A stretch of 24,047 nt of DNA, taken from the IMG/VR virus record IMGVR_UViG_3300005805_000490, positions 1 to 24,047 of that record; one strand, given 5' to 3'. Below are positions 7,491-16,490 of this stretch, piece after piece. The DNA comes from a virus. Taxonomy: Duplodnaviria; Caudoviricetes. A model generated the notes under the pieces. The model saw only the letters and a program-made list of their open reading frames with translations. It did no database searches and was not told where the DNA came from. Positions within the stretch are counted from its first letter, which is position 1. Each line of letters begins with the position of its first letter. The position numbers were made by a program, and so were the translations under genes.

Positions 7491-8418
7491 TCTTCAACTC
7501 CAAAGAAGCCATTAGTTCAGTTAAACAAGCAGTTAAGTTTATTTCCTGATCACTAACAAAAGCAGCCTTATATTGATAATCTGCAATTGTTAAAACCAAT
7601 TGTGGAACTTGCGATGTTAGAGGCAAAAGATGATCGTAAATCTTTCTAAAAAGAGCAGGAGGATCATTATCCATGTTATTAACAACCCACGATCTCATTC
7701 TCTTCCAATCTTTTTCTTTTAACGAGTCAACAAGCTCGGCCATATTTAGATCAGATAAGTTACTGAGAATTCCTTCGTCAATAAGACCAGTTTGAGAGTA
7801 GCGCTGCAGCTCGTTTAAGATTCTACGAAAGTCTGGAAAGTGCTTTTCAATAACTTTAGCAAGTACTTTTTGGTCAAACTCTATTTGTTCGTTGGTGAGG
7901 ATATCACCAATCCGCTTAAAGAGCTGAGAAGCAATCTTTGGCTTTTCTTCTTTTGGAATCTTAAAGTCTATTACGCTACAACGACTATGGAGTGGATGTA
8001 TTAGCCTATTCTTAAAATTACAAGTAAATATGAATCTGCAGTTACTTGCAAACTCTTCAATAAATCCACGAAGTGCTGGTTGTGTAGAATTTGGATTAAG
8101 ATAGTCAGCCTCATCAAGGATCACAACCTTTATGCTACCAGAAAACGATACAGTAGAAGCAAACTGTTTGATCTTTGTTCTAAGAACATCGATGCCAGAT
8201 TCTTCAGATCCATTAATCATCAAGTAATCACTACCAAGTTGCTCACACAATGCCCTCGCAACTGTGGTCTTACCAGTACCAGCAGTACCACACAAAAGCA
8301 TATTTTGGATGTCGCCCCTTGCTACTACACTGTTAAAGTAACTCTTAAGTTCTTTAGGTAGTATACATTGATCAATGGTTTTAGGGCGGTATTGTTCAAC
8401 CCAAAGAAAATGTTCCAT
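7483..8418 (-). CDS. gp44: Clamp loader AAA+ ATPase subunit gp44
   Basis: WVEQYRP, Walker A GTAGTGKT, Walker B ILDEAD, SRC arginine finger, PDFRR. Confidence 0.97.
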   Translation of the reverse strand: MEHFLWVEQYRPKTIDQCILPKELKSYFNSVVARGDIQNMLLCGTAGTGKTTVARALCEQLGSDYLMINGSEESGIDVLRTKIKQFASTVSFSGSIKVVILDEADYLNPNSTQPALRGFIEEFASNCRFIFTCNFKNRLIHPLHSRCSVIDFKIPKEEKPKIASQLFKRIGDILTNEQIEFDQKVLAKVIEKHFPDFRRILNELQRYSQTGLIDEGILSNLSDLNMAELVDSLKEKDWKRMRSWVVNNMDNDPPALFRKIYDHLLPLTSQVPQLVLTIADYQYKAAFVSDQEINLTACLTELMASLELKNG

Positions 8419-8444
8419 ATAATATAATAATCCAAAAAGGTTTG

Positions 8445-9056
8445 TTAAGGAATAAAGTTATACCAACCAGTTATTATGTATTTTTCACTCTTTTTAGCAA
8501 TTATACCTTTGTGTGTAAACATCCAATCTACTGGCCATATAACTGTATGTCCTTTTACAGCAGGTAATTTTAATTTTTGATAAAACCATTCTGTTCCTCC
8601 TGCCTTGTTTTTTTCGTTTATTGTATTTAAGTAAGTCATAAAAACTAAGACTCTATTTACATAAGGTAGCCTAGGAGAAACTCTTTCACAATGCCATTCT
8701 TTAAATCCTCCTCCAGGAGGATAGTACTGAATGTTGACATCTTCAGTAATTTTCCACGGACTTATAATCGAATTGAGGAACTTGTATTTTTTTAAATATA
8801 AATTAAGGCAGGCTTCTAAAGCAATAAAATATTGATGCATTTGATTGTCGCAATTGCTAACAATGTTTATTGTAGAATCAATTGAATCTTTAATTTTTTT
8901 GTTAACAACAGGAATACCTTCTGAGCTATAAATTTCCCCTTGTGTGTGATTTGCATTTTTCCAATAATCAATAACCGCATCACAAATAGTTAAATCCTTA
9001 ATTTGATAATACCCAATAAAAGGTATGTTTGATTGCAAATCCTCTACAATGTTCAT
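8445..9056 (-). CDS. 2OG-Fe(II) oxygenase
   Basis: IQYYPPGGGF, WHCE (HxE), R-LVFMTYLN, GGTEW, distal THKG and KYIITGW motifs. Confidence 0.9.
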   Translation of the reverse strand: MNIVEDLQSNIPFIGYYQIKDLTICDAVIDYWKNANHTQGEIYSSEGIPVVNKKIKDSIDSTINIVSNCDNQMHQYFIALEACLNLYLKKYKFLNSIISPWKITEDVNIQYYPPGGGFKEWHCERVSPRLPYVNRVLVFMTYLNTINEKNKAGGTEWFYQKLKLPAVKGHTVIWPVDWMFTHKGIIAKKSEKYIITGWYNFIP

Positions 9057-9062
9057 TTTATT

Positions 9063-9734
9063 TTATACTACTGATCCTGGCTCTGCGGCAATCCAGTACT
9101 GCAATGGTTTAGATTCGTGTACAAAGTATAAGAACTTGCCTTTACCATTCTCACTCTTTGCTACAGACACTTCATACGCCTCTGGAATCACTTTTAAATT
9201 ACCAACCGAGATGAATATATCAAACTCTTCGAAAGAAGTGCCTAGCGCTCGTTTAAAGTTGTTTGACGAATTGTTCTTACGATCACCTACAACTAAAGAT
9301 ACAGACTGATTGCTACAAGTAACAGAAATAGTTGGTGCACCAGTAATAGCTGCTGCCTTCATTATCATCTGAATGTCTTCAGCTGCAAGTTTAAACTTAT
9401 AAACATCTACACTCTGAATAGATCCATCTGGAGCACCCTTAACAACTTCTGGATTGGAGTAGAAGTATTCAAACTTACCTTTGTCGCTTGATACAGTAAT
9501 GCTCTTGTCGCCAAACGACACATCTTGGTTCTCCATCAATGTAAGCATAGCTAGTAGAGAGTTTAAATCATAGATTGCAAACTGATTGGGGATATCTTCT
9601 TTGATTGTAGCCTTTGCAAAGATGTTGCTTGTATTTGCAATAGTAGCAATTGTAGTGCCAGGCTTAAAGATAATGTTTGTATTGATTGAAGCAAAGTTCT
9701 TTAATATAGATAACGTCTCATTACTAATCTTCAT
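9063..9734 (-). CDS. gp45: Sliding clamp gp45
   Basis: MKISNETLSILKNFASIN N-terminus, FAIYDLNSLL, and YWIAAE C-terminus. Confidence 0.95.
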   Translation of the reverse strand: MKISNETLSILKNFASINTNIIFKPGTTIATIANTSNIFAKATIKEDIPNQFAIYDLNSLLAMLTLMENQDVSFGDKSITVSSDKGKFEYFYSNPEVVKGAPDGSIQSVDVYKFKLAAEDIQMIMKAAAITGAPTISVTCSNQSVSLVVGDRKNNSSNNFKRALGTSFEEFDIFISVGNLKVIPEAYEVSVAKSENGKGKFLYFVHESKPLQYWIAAEPGSVV

Positions 9735-9748
9735 TTTACATCCTCATG

Positions 9749-10504
9749 TTAAAGCGTAATTGTAATTGTTTCTGGCTCATCTTTCCACGGAAACTTCCCA
9801 CTCAAGTCTTGTTCCATCTTTTTGTTGCCATTTAAAAAGAACTTAGCCTGTACAGAGTCTGTTCTATTAGCAACTCTGTAGTTGAGTGTATACTTTTTAG
9901 TACATTCAAACTTAGGAGCATGTTGCATTAATGTTGCTGTAATAATTCTATCCACCTCAGGCTGTTCTTGTGGATGTCTTGCTCGTCTGTACCAAAGAGG
10001 TGATACCATCAAAGCACTTGGCTTGGATAAGAACCAACAACCAACATCTACAAAGTAGTCACCAAGTACGGACTTCCATTTACCCAATGACTCACAATCA
10101 TCATTACAAATGAACTCTTTACTTTTACCAACTATCTTACGCAGAGAGTAAACCCAATCGTATCCTTCATTAGCTAAACTAACGCAACTCTCAATGTGAT
10201 CTTTTTCATAAAAGTTATCTTCATCTAGAAAGGCAATGTACTTTCCATTTGTAAGGTATGTTGCAGCTGCATATATTCTATGGCCGTTGTAATTATCCTT
10301 ACCTGTAGCATATGGAAGGATAAGCATTTTTACCTTAGGGTACTTTTTAAGTATTTGCAAAGAGCGCTCACCTCTTTCCACACCATCTACTACAACATAA
10401 TGCTCAATATTGTTGTAAGTCTGAGACCTAACAGACTCCAAAGCATCTTCTAAACATTTTTCACCAGTTGTAGCTGTAACTACTGTGACTAAAGGATCTA
10501 TCAT
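9749..10504 (-). CDS. Glycosyltransferase, GT-A/GT2-like
   Basis: VTVVTAT, SVRSQTY, VVVDG and YIAFLDEDN (DxD) motifs. Confidence 0.9.
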   Translation of the reverse strand: MIDPLVTVVTATTGEKCLEDALESVRSQTYNNIEHYVVVDGVERGERSLQILKKYPKVKMLILPYATGKDNYNGHRIYAAATYLTNGKYIAFLDEDNFYEKDHIESCVSLANEGYDWVYSLRKIVGKSKEFICNDDCESLGKWKSVLGDYFVDVGCWFLSKPSALMVSPLWYRRARHPQEQPEVDRIITATLMQHAPKFECTKKYTLNYRVANRTDSVQAKFFLNGNKKMEQDLSGKFPWKDEPETITITL

Positions 10505-11442
10505 TTTAGAAATACCTCTTTAAACTTTTTCATCACGCCTGCTGGATTGAACTTATGAACAATGCTAGCATAATCGTCTTGTAGACTTTTCACATTAAGC
10601 AATTTGTCTACAATATTTTCTTGAGTGTACAAAAGATTAGTATCTTTTAGCAGTGCAACGTGGTGCTGATCTCTACCTTCACACCAAGCAAGTGTTGGTT
10701 TGTTAAAATATAATGATTCACATAGAGCAAGACCAAAGCTTTCACCCTCTTGCCTTGCATGAAGAAAGGCATCACATGAGTTAATGTAATTGGACTTCTT
10801 TTGTAGATCAATAATTGTATCAGCGTAAATCACTCGTTCGTGTTTGATGAACGGTTGAGTGTTTACAAAAAAGAATACGTGGTCCTTGGAAGCTTCTAAA
10901 ACCTTAGTAACTGCATCACTAACAAATGGAATGTCAAACTTATAGAATCCCCCAAACCTACCAATAACTGTTTTACCTTCTAGGTTAAATCTCTCTCTGT
11001 AAGATCCATTTGGTTCTGGCAAACTAACAATATGAGGAACATAAGGAATTGTTCCACCAGACATTTTGTTTGCTAGCCATTCTGAAATGTATGCATACAC
11101 ATCACCATGTGGATCTTTATGTTGAAACACAGCATGCACACCAGTGCGTACATTGTCTGGGATTGTTTCGTAATGTCCAGCACGTATAAAGTAAGCAAAG
11201 TCTACACTATCACAAACCTCTTGTAGTTCTTTTGGATTAGAGTAAGAAGCAACTTTAAATCGCTTGTTAAAGTTCGCTACTGAATCATCTTCTGTTCCCA
11301 TATCCCTTTCATAAGGAATAGTTTTATTGTAGCATATGATACTTTCATTACCTAAAATCTCTTCGTTGTATCGAGCATAATCATATACAGCAACTGCAGT
11401 TCCTCTAAAGTTCAACGAGTGTGTGTGAAACAATACTTTCAT
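10501..11442 (-). CDS. Glycosyltransferase, GT-B/GT4-like
   Basis: RGTAVAVYDYA N-terminal loop; DAFLHARQEGESFGLALCE (ExFGxxxxE) motif. Confidence 0.85.
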   Translation of the reverse strand: MKVLFHTHSLNFRGTAVAVYDYARYNEEILGNESIICYNKTIPYERDMGTEDDSVANFNKRFKVASYSNPKELQEVCDSVDFAYFIRAGHYETIPDNVRTGVHAVFQHKDPHGDVYAYISEWLANKMSGGTIPYVPHIVSLPEPNGSYRERFNLEGKTVIGRFGGFYKFDIPFVSDAVTKVLEASKDHVFFFVNTQPFIKHERVIYADTIIDLQKKSNYINSCDAFLHARQEGESFGLALCESLYFNKPTLAWCEGRDQHHVALLKDTNLLYTQENIVDKLLNVKSLQDDYASIVHKFNPAGVMKKFKEVFLK

Positions 11443-11443
11443 G

Positions 11444-12208
11444 TTATCCTCTTACTTTCTTTAATATGTCTTGCATGTCAGTACGAGTCTGCATAGTCTC
11501 ATCAACATACTTACATCTATCTGGTTGAACTGTATTAAACAATCCATTTTGTGAGCCTTGAGCAACAATTGGTGGCTCAAGCCAGTACACATTCATGTTA
11601 AGAACCTTCATCCAAAATCCAAGCTCTGGATCTGGATTGAAACATATCTTATAGTGATTCATACTATCATATATTTTTCTTGCTGCTTCTTTCTTAAAGA
11701 TAATAGAATCAGCACACCGATCAGCTGGATGATCTTTCTTGTACCAAAAGACTCCATCCTGTAATTTTTCTTTGGGGATCCGTTTACCACCACCCTGTCC
11801 AATAAACAATACATCCCAATCGTTGGGGAGACTATTCATGTAAATATGTAAAGTCTCTTTAAAGTTTTCACATATGATTGCGTCGTCTTCAAACATCATT
11901 CCGATGTTTTGTTCACCATAACCAATACGTCTGAATGCTTCTTTCTGCTTTAACCCCAATGAGACCATCTCTGGTTGTAATGGGTAGTGAGGAAAGAACT
12001 CATTAGGATCTTGACCTCTTTTTTGATACTCGAGATGATCTGCTTGAAAATTTTTAACATACAGCTGATAGCTAACTTCTTCTCTATCCCAATCGAGTAT
12101 CCACGTAACGTTTTCCATTTTCTCCCGTAAAAAGAGTTCTTCCATAATCTTTCTGCGCTCGACATTACCCTTGTAATGAACAACGTATGATGGTATATCT
12201 TTATTCAT
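11444..12208 (-). CDS. Glycosyltransferase family 25-like
   Basis: YVVHY...ERR, FEDDA and WDVLFIG motifs. Confidence 0.85.
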   Translation of the reverse strand: MNKDIPSYVVHYKGNVERRKIMEELFLREKMENVTWILDWDREEVSYQLYVKNFQADHLEYQKRGQDPNEFFPHYPLQPEMVSLGLKQKEAFRRIGYGEQNIGMMFEDDAIICENFKETLHIYMNSLPNDWDVLFIGQGGGKRIPKEKLQDGVFWYKKDHPADRCADSIIFKKEAARKIYDSMNHYKICFNPDPELGFWMKVLNMNVYWLEPPIVAQGSQNGLFNTVQPDRCKYVDETMQTRTDMQDILKKVRG

Positions 12209-12939
12209 ATTTTTTCCTCAATATTCTTTCTCATGTTTGTTTCTACTGGAAAGCAAGCAATCCTGCCTCCAAAATCAAAGTCTCTACAATTAAACATACC
12301 ATCAGTGTTAAACGTTCCTTCTACAACCTGATTGCATCTTGCAATGAACCTATCAACATTCTTTTGAAATCTGCTTTGATACAAATGATAGAACTTACCA
12401 TCAAATACAGTACCTACACCATACAGTCCATAATTGTGTAAACGCCATACACCTTCTTCTGGTTCATCCTCAAAGTGGGTTGGGTATAGTGCTTTCATCC
12501 TAACACCATTTTGTTCAGCAACCAGGCAAACATATTGAGCAACATCAGTATGGTTTGTTGGGAAAAACGTTGGACTACCTAGAGCTTCATACAAAGGCTT
12601 CCAAATAAAGAAGCAGCTTGGAGCAATGAACAAATGGCTCATAGGGTTTAAATGATTAGTTGCCTGAACATTACCAGCAATACTTTTATTTTTAGCAACA
12701 AACTTGATCACTTCATTTACAGAAGTGTTAGTAAGTGGAATACAATCTATGTCTAAAAATCCAACCACATCAGCATCAGATGACTTCAACACATCTTGCA
12801 TAAACTGTGCATGGTGTATCTCTTGTTCATAATAATTGACCTTAATGCCAAAATGATTCATAACACTTTTATGAGCATTCACGAAGTCTTTGTTGGTATT
12901 AGGATAGTAGAATGTGTTAATAGAAACTTTTAGGCTCAT
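12205..12939 (-). CDS. Putative GT-A glycosyltransferase / nucleotide-diphospho-sugar transferase
   Basis: VGFLDIDCIP DxD motif; located in the GT cluster and coupled by ATGA overlaps. Confidence 0.65.
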   Translation of the reverse strand: MSLKVSINTFYYPNTNKDFVNAHKSVMNHFGIKVNYYEQEIHHAQFMQDVLKSSDADVVGFLDIDCIPLTNTSVNEVIKFVAKNKSIAGNVQATNHLNPMSHLFIAPSCFFIWKPLYEALGSPTFFPTNHTDVAQYVCLVAEQNGVRMKALYPTHFEDEPEEGVWRLHNYGLYGVGTVFDGKFYHLYQSRFQKNVDRFIARCNQVVEGTFNTDGMFNCRDFDFGGRIACFPVETNMRKNIEEKI

Positions 12940-13748
12940 AATAAATTATCAATCATTTGGAATTTGTCTACCGTTTGAAAATAACCAAGTTTCTTTAGTT
13001 TGGTGTTATCAAGATACATTGATTTTACTTGAACGTTTTTATGAAACTCTGGCTGACTAATGTTATTGATAGTACCCTTGTAGTTAAGTTTATATGCAGC
13101 GTACGCAATTAATTTACTAAAGTAAATTGGGTTGCCATTGCTAATGTTATAAATTTGATTGTAGTCACCATATTCAGTAACAAGTCTGATTCCTTCTACA
13201 GCATCTACAACATCGATGTAATCTCTAATAAACTCTCCACCCTCATAAAGATTAATATCATTGCCAACCTTCATCTCATTGATAAGATACTGCAAAGCAT
13301 TTTTCTTTTTGGAAACTTTTTTGTCATCTTTACCTATCACGTTTGCAAGACGAAGTATTCTATAGTTAATTTTAAATGTTTCGCAATAGGATATCAACAA
13401 CTGCTCAGCTGTTCTCTTTGTAATTGAATAGAAACCTTTGGGGTCACAATAAGAATCTTCCTTTGCTGGAAGATCTGTATCCCCATATACAAACCAAGAG
13501 CTAATGAAGTTAAAAGTAGAACCAGGCTTAGTGTTCTTAAGAACTTTCATTAACAATGTTAAGTTTGTTTCAATGTCAATGAAAGGATCAATATGGACAT
13601 TGTAGTTATCTACAGTTGAGATAAAGTAAAGAATGTTTTCCGTCTTTGGAATGTAATCATCTCTACTATTAAGTATACAGGTGTTATACTTTACAAAGTT
13701 AGATCCTACAAAGCCTGTTCCACCAAATACATTAAGCAAAGGTTTCAA
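12936..13748 (-). CDS. NAD(P)-dependent epimerase/reductase (extended SDR)
   Basis: GGTGFVG, ISSWFVYG, YSITK (YxxxK), RLANVIG and RDYIDV motifs; start uncertain (TTG at 13748 follows GGAG). Confidence 0.9.
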   Translation of the reverse strand: MKPLLNVFGGTGFVGSNFVKYNTCILNSRDDYIPKTENILYFISTVDNYNVHIDPFIDIETNLTLLMKVLKNTKPGSTFNFISSWFVYGDTDLPAKEDSYCDPKGFYSITKRTAEQLLISYCETFKINYRILRLANVIGKDDKKVSKKKNALQYLINEMKVGNDINLYEGGEFIRDYIDVVDAVEGIRLVTEYGDYNQIYNISNGNPIYFSKLIAYAAYKLNYKGTINNISQPEFHKNVQVKSMYLDNTKLKKLGYFQTVDKFQMIDNLL

Positions 13749-15027
13749 TAACTTCTCCAACATATTTAACAACTTTAGGAGTCCACAAAGGTGAACATCC
13801 TAAGAAGAATACATTACTTAATGCAAGATTGGAATTAGGATACTTAACATAGTCATCAAGATGTCTGTAACCAGGATGAATGAGAATGTTGCCAGCAAAA
13901 TAGTTTCGCGTTTGGACATTATGAGCCTCAATGTGCGATACAAAGAACTCTTTTAGTGATTGATCTTCACACCAAACAGGAACGCCAAACCAAGAAGGAT
14001 CATTCTGTGGTAGTTCCTTAATTACTCTAATGCCATTGATCTTTTGTAAGTGACCATCTAAAGTATTTTTGATCTCTCTACGAGCAGCATCAATCATATC
14101 CACTTTTCTCAACTGAGCAAGACCAATAGCACCCTGAAGGTCTAATGGCTTTAAATTGTAGCCCATGTTAGTAAAGACATACTTGTGGTCAATGATACCG
14201 TCATAATTGTCTAGCCATGTGTCAAATCTCTTGCCACAAGTACCACAAGCAAGTGTGTTAGAACTTCCCACACAGTAACAATCACGACCCCACCAACTAA
14301 TACTTCTAACTGTCTTAATAAACTCTTCGTCATTGGAACTAATCATTCCACCTTCACCAGTACTGATGTGGTGAGCAGGATAGAACGAAGTGGACCAACT
14401 AAAGTAATATTTGGTAATTAGATCGCCATTAACCTTTGTACCAAGACTGTCACAATTGTCCCCAATTAAAAGAATACTATATTGGTCGCAGATTGCTTTT
14501 AAGTAATCCATATCGGGAGGATTACCAAGCACCGGAGAAACAAAGATTGCTCTAGTGCGAGGTGTAATCTTATCCCAAATCTTTGTTACATCAAAGTTAA
14601 GAGTCTTTGTTTCGATATCAACAAAGACTGGCTTTAAGTTATTTTGGACAAGAGGAGCAATTGTAGTAGGAAAGCCAACAGGTGATACAATCACCTCGTC
14701 GCCATCTTGCCACTTAAAGTGTTTCTTCAGAGCAGACACCATAACCAAGTTAGCTGACGAGCCAGAGTTCACCATGTGTGAGAAACCAACTTGGAATTTC
14801 TTACTAAACTCTTTCTGGAACTGATCAACATAGTCACCAGAAGTAATCCATGAACCTTTGATAAAGGCTTCCAATGCTAATTGCATCTCATCTTCGTCCC
14901 ACCACTGACCAGAGTACTGGACAAAGTCTTTGCCTGGAACAAAGTTCTCGTAGGTTTTTACATAGGGGGGTTTAACTCTGGAAAGAACAGAAATGGCATG
15001 ATTAATTTCGTCAACGGTAGGGCTCAT
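13732..15027 (-). CDS. rfbH: CDP-4-keto-6-deoxyglucose 3-dehydrase (RfbH/DdhC, E1), DegT/DnrJ family
   Basis: VNSGSSANL, GFPTT, DNCDSLG; SFYPAHHISTGEGG with His at the usual Schiff-base Lys position; WGRDCYC...CGKRF Fe-S Cys motif; DHKY...GYNLK. Confidence 0.9.
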   Translation of the reverse strand: MSPTVDEINHAISVLSRVKPPYVKTYENFVPGKDFVQYSGQWWDEDEMQLALEAFIKGSWITSGDYVDQFQKEFSKKFQVGFSHMVNSGSSANLVMVSALKKHFKWQDGDEVIVSPVGFPTTIAPLVQNNLKPVFVDIETKTLNFDVTKIWDKITPRTRAIFVSPVLGNPPDMDYLKAICDQYSILLIGDNCDSLGTKVNGDLITKYYFSWSTSFYPAHHISTGEGGMISSNDEEFIKTVRSISWWGRDCYCVGSSNTLACGTCGKRFDTWLDNYDGIIDHKYVFTNMGYNLKPLDLQGAIGLAQLRKVDMIDAARREIKNTLDGHLQKINGIRVIKELPQNDPSWFGVPVWCEDQSLKEFFVSHIEAHNVQTRNYFAGNILIHPGYRHLDDYVKYPNSNLALSNVFFLGCSPLWTPKVVKYVGEVIETFA

Positions 15028-15040
15028 AATATCCTCAAAT

Positions 15041-15074
15041 AAAAAAATCTCGACCTATTATTTATAGGCCGAGA
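15041..15074 (-). terminator. Intrinsic terminator with embedded late promoter
   Basis: 11-bp stem UCUCGGCCUAU/AUAGGUCGAGA (one G-U pair), loop AAAUA, followed by U7. Confidence 0.75.
15059..15066 (-). promoter_or_regulatory. T4-type late promoter (TATAAATA) upstream of rfbH
   Basis: Exact consensus about 30 nt upstream of the rfbH ATG (GAGGA RBS). Confidence 0.7.
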
Positions 15075-15093
15075 CACAATACAACAAAAGGAA

Positions 15094-15348
15094 CTATTTT
15101 ACAACAGTAAGATGAGGTTTCTTCTTATCGTCTGGCCAATCAGTATCCTGAAGAACTTCTAAGAAGTCAATAAAGTCTTGCCTTGTCCATCCATGTCGCT
15201 TAAACTGATTAGCTACCATGCCAAGGATAATTCCAAATGATTCCATTGGCGAGCGTCCGTTGTTTATAATTTCATAAAACGCATCTTCAGCTATAAGGTA
15301 GTCTCGAAGATCGTCATCAATGTCGTCATCTCTAATATCATCACTCAT
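15094..15348 (-). CDS. Hypothetical acidic protein
   Basis: MSDDIRDDD...KKKPHLTVVK; start placed at the ATG overlapping the upstream small ORF stop (ATGA). Confidence 0.7.
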   Translation of the reverse strand: MSDDIRDDDIDDDLRDYLIAEDAFYEIINNGRSPMESFGIILGMVANQFKRHGWTRQDFIDFLEVLQDTDWPDDKKKPHLTVVK

Positions 15349-15443
15349 TGGTCGCACCATGTTTCGTAAGGGTTAACAAACAACACACACTCGAGAACTT
15401 CTCCTGTCCCAATTAACAGCGCTGTGGACAGGAGAAGAATCAT
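15345..15443 (-). CDS. 32-aa hydrophobic peptide (not in ORF track)
   Basis: MILLLSTALLIGTGEVLECVLFVNPYETWCDQ*; fills the gap and is ATGA-coupled to the next gene; weak RBS. Confidence 0.45.
   Translation of the reverse strand: MILLLSTALLIGTGEVLECVLFVNPYETWCDQ
15398..15437. repeat. Perfect 12-bp inverted repeat
   Basis: CTTCTCCTGTCC (15398-15409) and GGACAGGAGAAG (15426-15437), with the palindrome ACAGCGCTGT inside the loop. Confidence 0.85.
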
Positions 15444-15453
15444 CAACCAAAAG

Positions 15454-16431
15454 TTATGCTGCTTCAGCATATTCAATTGCAAGCTCGAGAGCTTTTTCTT
15501 TCTTAATACGATTCTGACCGTACCAGGAAGATGTCAGACGAGTGTCAGTGGAGCGACCAAGTTTATGGTCAGCCATGTATGTTACAGTGTTAAATGCTTG
15601 CCACCAAGATCCTTGAGCAAAGTTAGCACCAGGCTGAGTATTAAGAACTGCTACAGCCTCTTCTGCTTGACGAGAGATAGCAGTCTTACGAATATCAGCT
15701 TTAGTAACTTGATCCTTAGACAACGAAGGAAACACTCGATTAAAGTATTCCACGATAGTTTCCTTGGTGTACTTCTTAGAACCAAGATACTGAGCTTGTT
15801 CTTTGTACCCAGCCAACTTTTCCTTAGCAATTCCAAGTAAGGCTTTCACTTCGTCTGCATCGAACTGCGAACGGTGATTAACTTTTACGAAGGATTTAGA
15901 TTGCTGATTAAGAGAGAGTGTAAGTGTGTTATTGCAAACCACACGGACGGGAGTAAACCGGACGTCGATACTACGACCAAACTCATGAGGATTACTAAAA
16001 AGAAGGAAGCCATCTACTTTATCTCCACCAAAGATTTCGAAAGACTCTTTAATCTGAGCCATTGCCCATACAATCTTACCACCTTTAAGACTTCCAGCGG
16101 TATGCATTTCCATATCGCCAGCATGTACGAAGTCATTAAAGAACTGGAATGCTTCAATGTTCTGTACAGGGTTCCATTGATCAGAAACGATAGTCAAAAG
16201 TTTCTCATCAGAAGAACGAACCAGTGCACGAGCTTGGGTAAGAACTTTACCTTTATCGCTCTCAAAGAACATTGGACGCTTAACTACTTCCCAATCCAAG
16301 TTAGCAGCTTTAAGCATCTGCTCAGGTGAAAGATCAGCAGGAACTTTACGACCTAAGCCATGCCAAGGTACGGCGCCAACATAAGCCATCGATGCTTCAC
16401 CATTTTCTAGAATTTCAAGTTCATGTGCCAT
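15454..16431 (-). CDS. DUF932/DUF945-family phage/plasmid protein
   Basis: MAHELE, PWHGLG, PVQN, TAGSLKGG, TPVRVVCNNTL and GSWWQAFN motifs. Confidence 0.9.
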   Translation of the reverse strand: MAHELEILENGEASMAYVGAVPWHGLGRKVPADLSPEQMLKAANLDWEVVKRPMFFESDKGKVLTQARALVRSSDEKLLTIVSDQWNPVQNIEAFQFFNDFVHAGDMEMHTAGSLKGGKIVWAMAQIKESFEIFGGDKVDGFLLFSNPHEFGRSIDVRFTPVRVVCNNTLTLSLNQQSKSFVKVNHRSQFDADEVKALLGIAKEKLAGYKEQAQYLGSKKYTKETIVEYFNRVFPSLSKDQVTKADIRKTAISRQAEEAVAVLNTQPGANFAQGSWWQAFNTVTYMADHKLGRSTDTRLTSSWYGQNRIKKEKALELAIEYAEAA

Positions 16432-16462
16432 TGCAAAATCTCCTTTAGTTGAACACCATTAC

Positions 16463-16490
16463 ATTATATATGATTTTTTCAAAAAATCAA
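16463..16490 (-). promoter_or_regulatory. Sigma70-type early promoter
   Basis: TTGATT-N16-TATAAT; contains the 9-bp inverted repeat TGATTTTTT-C-AAAAAATCA. Confidence 0.7.
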
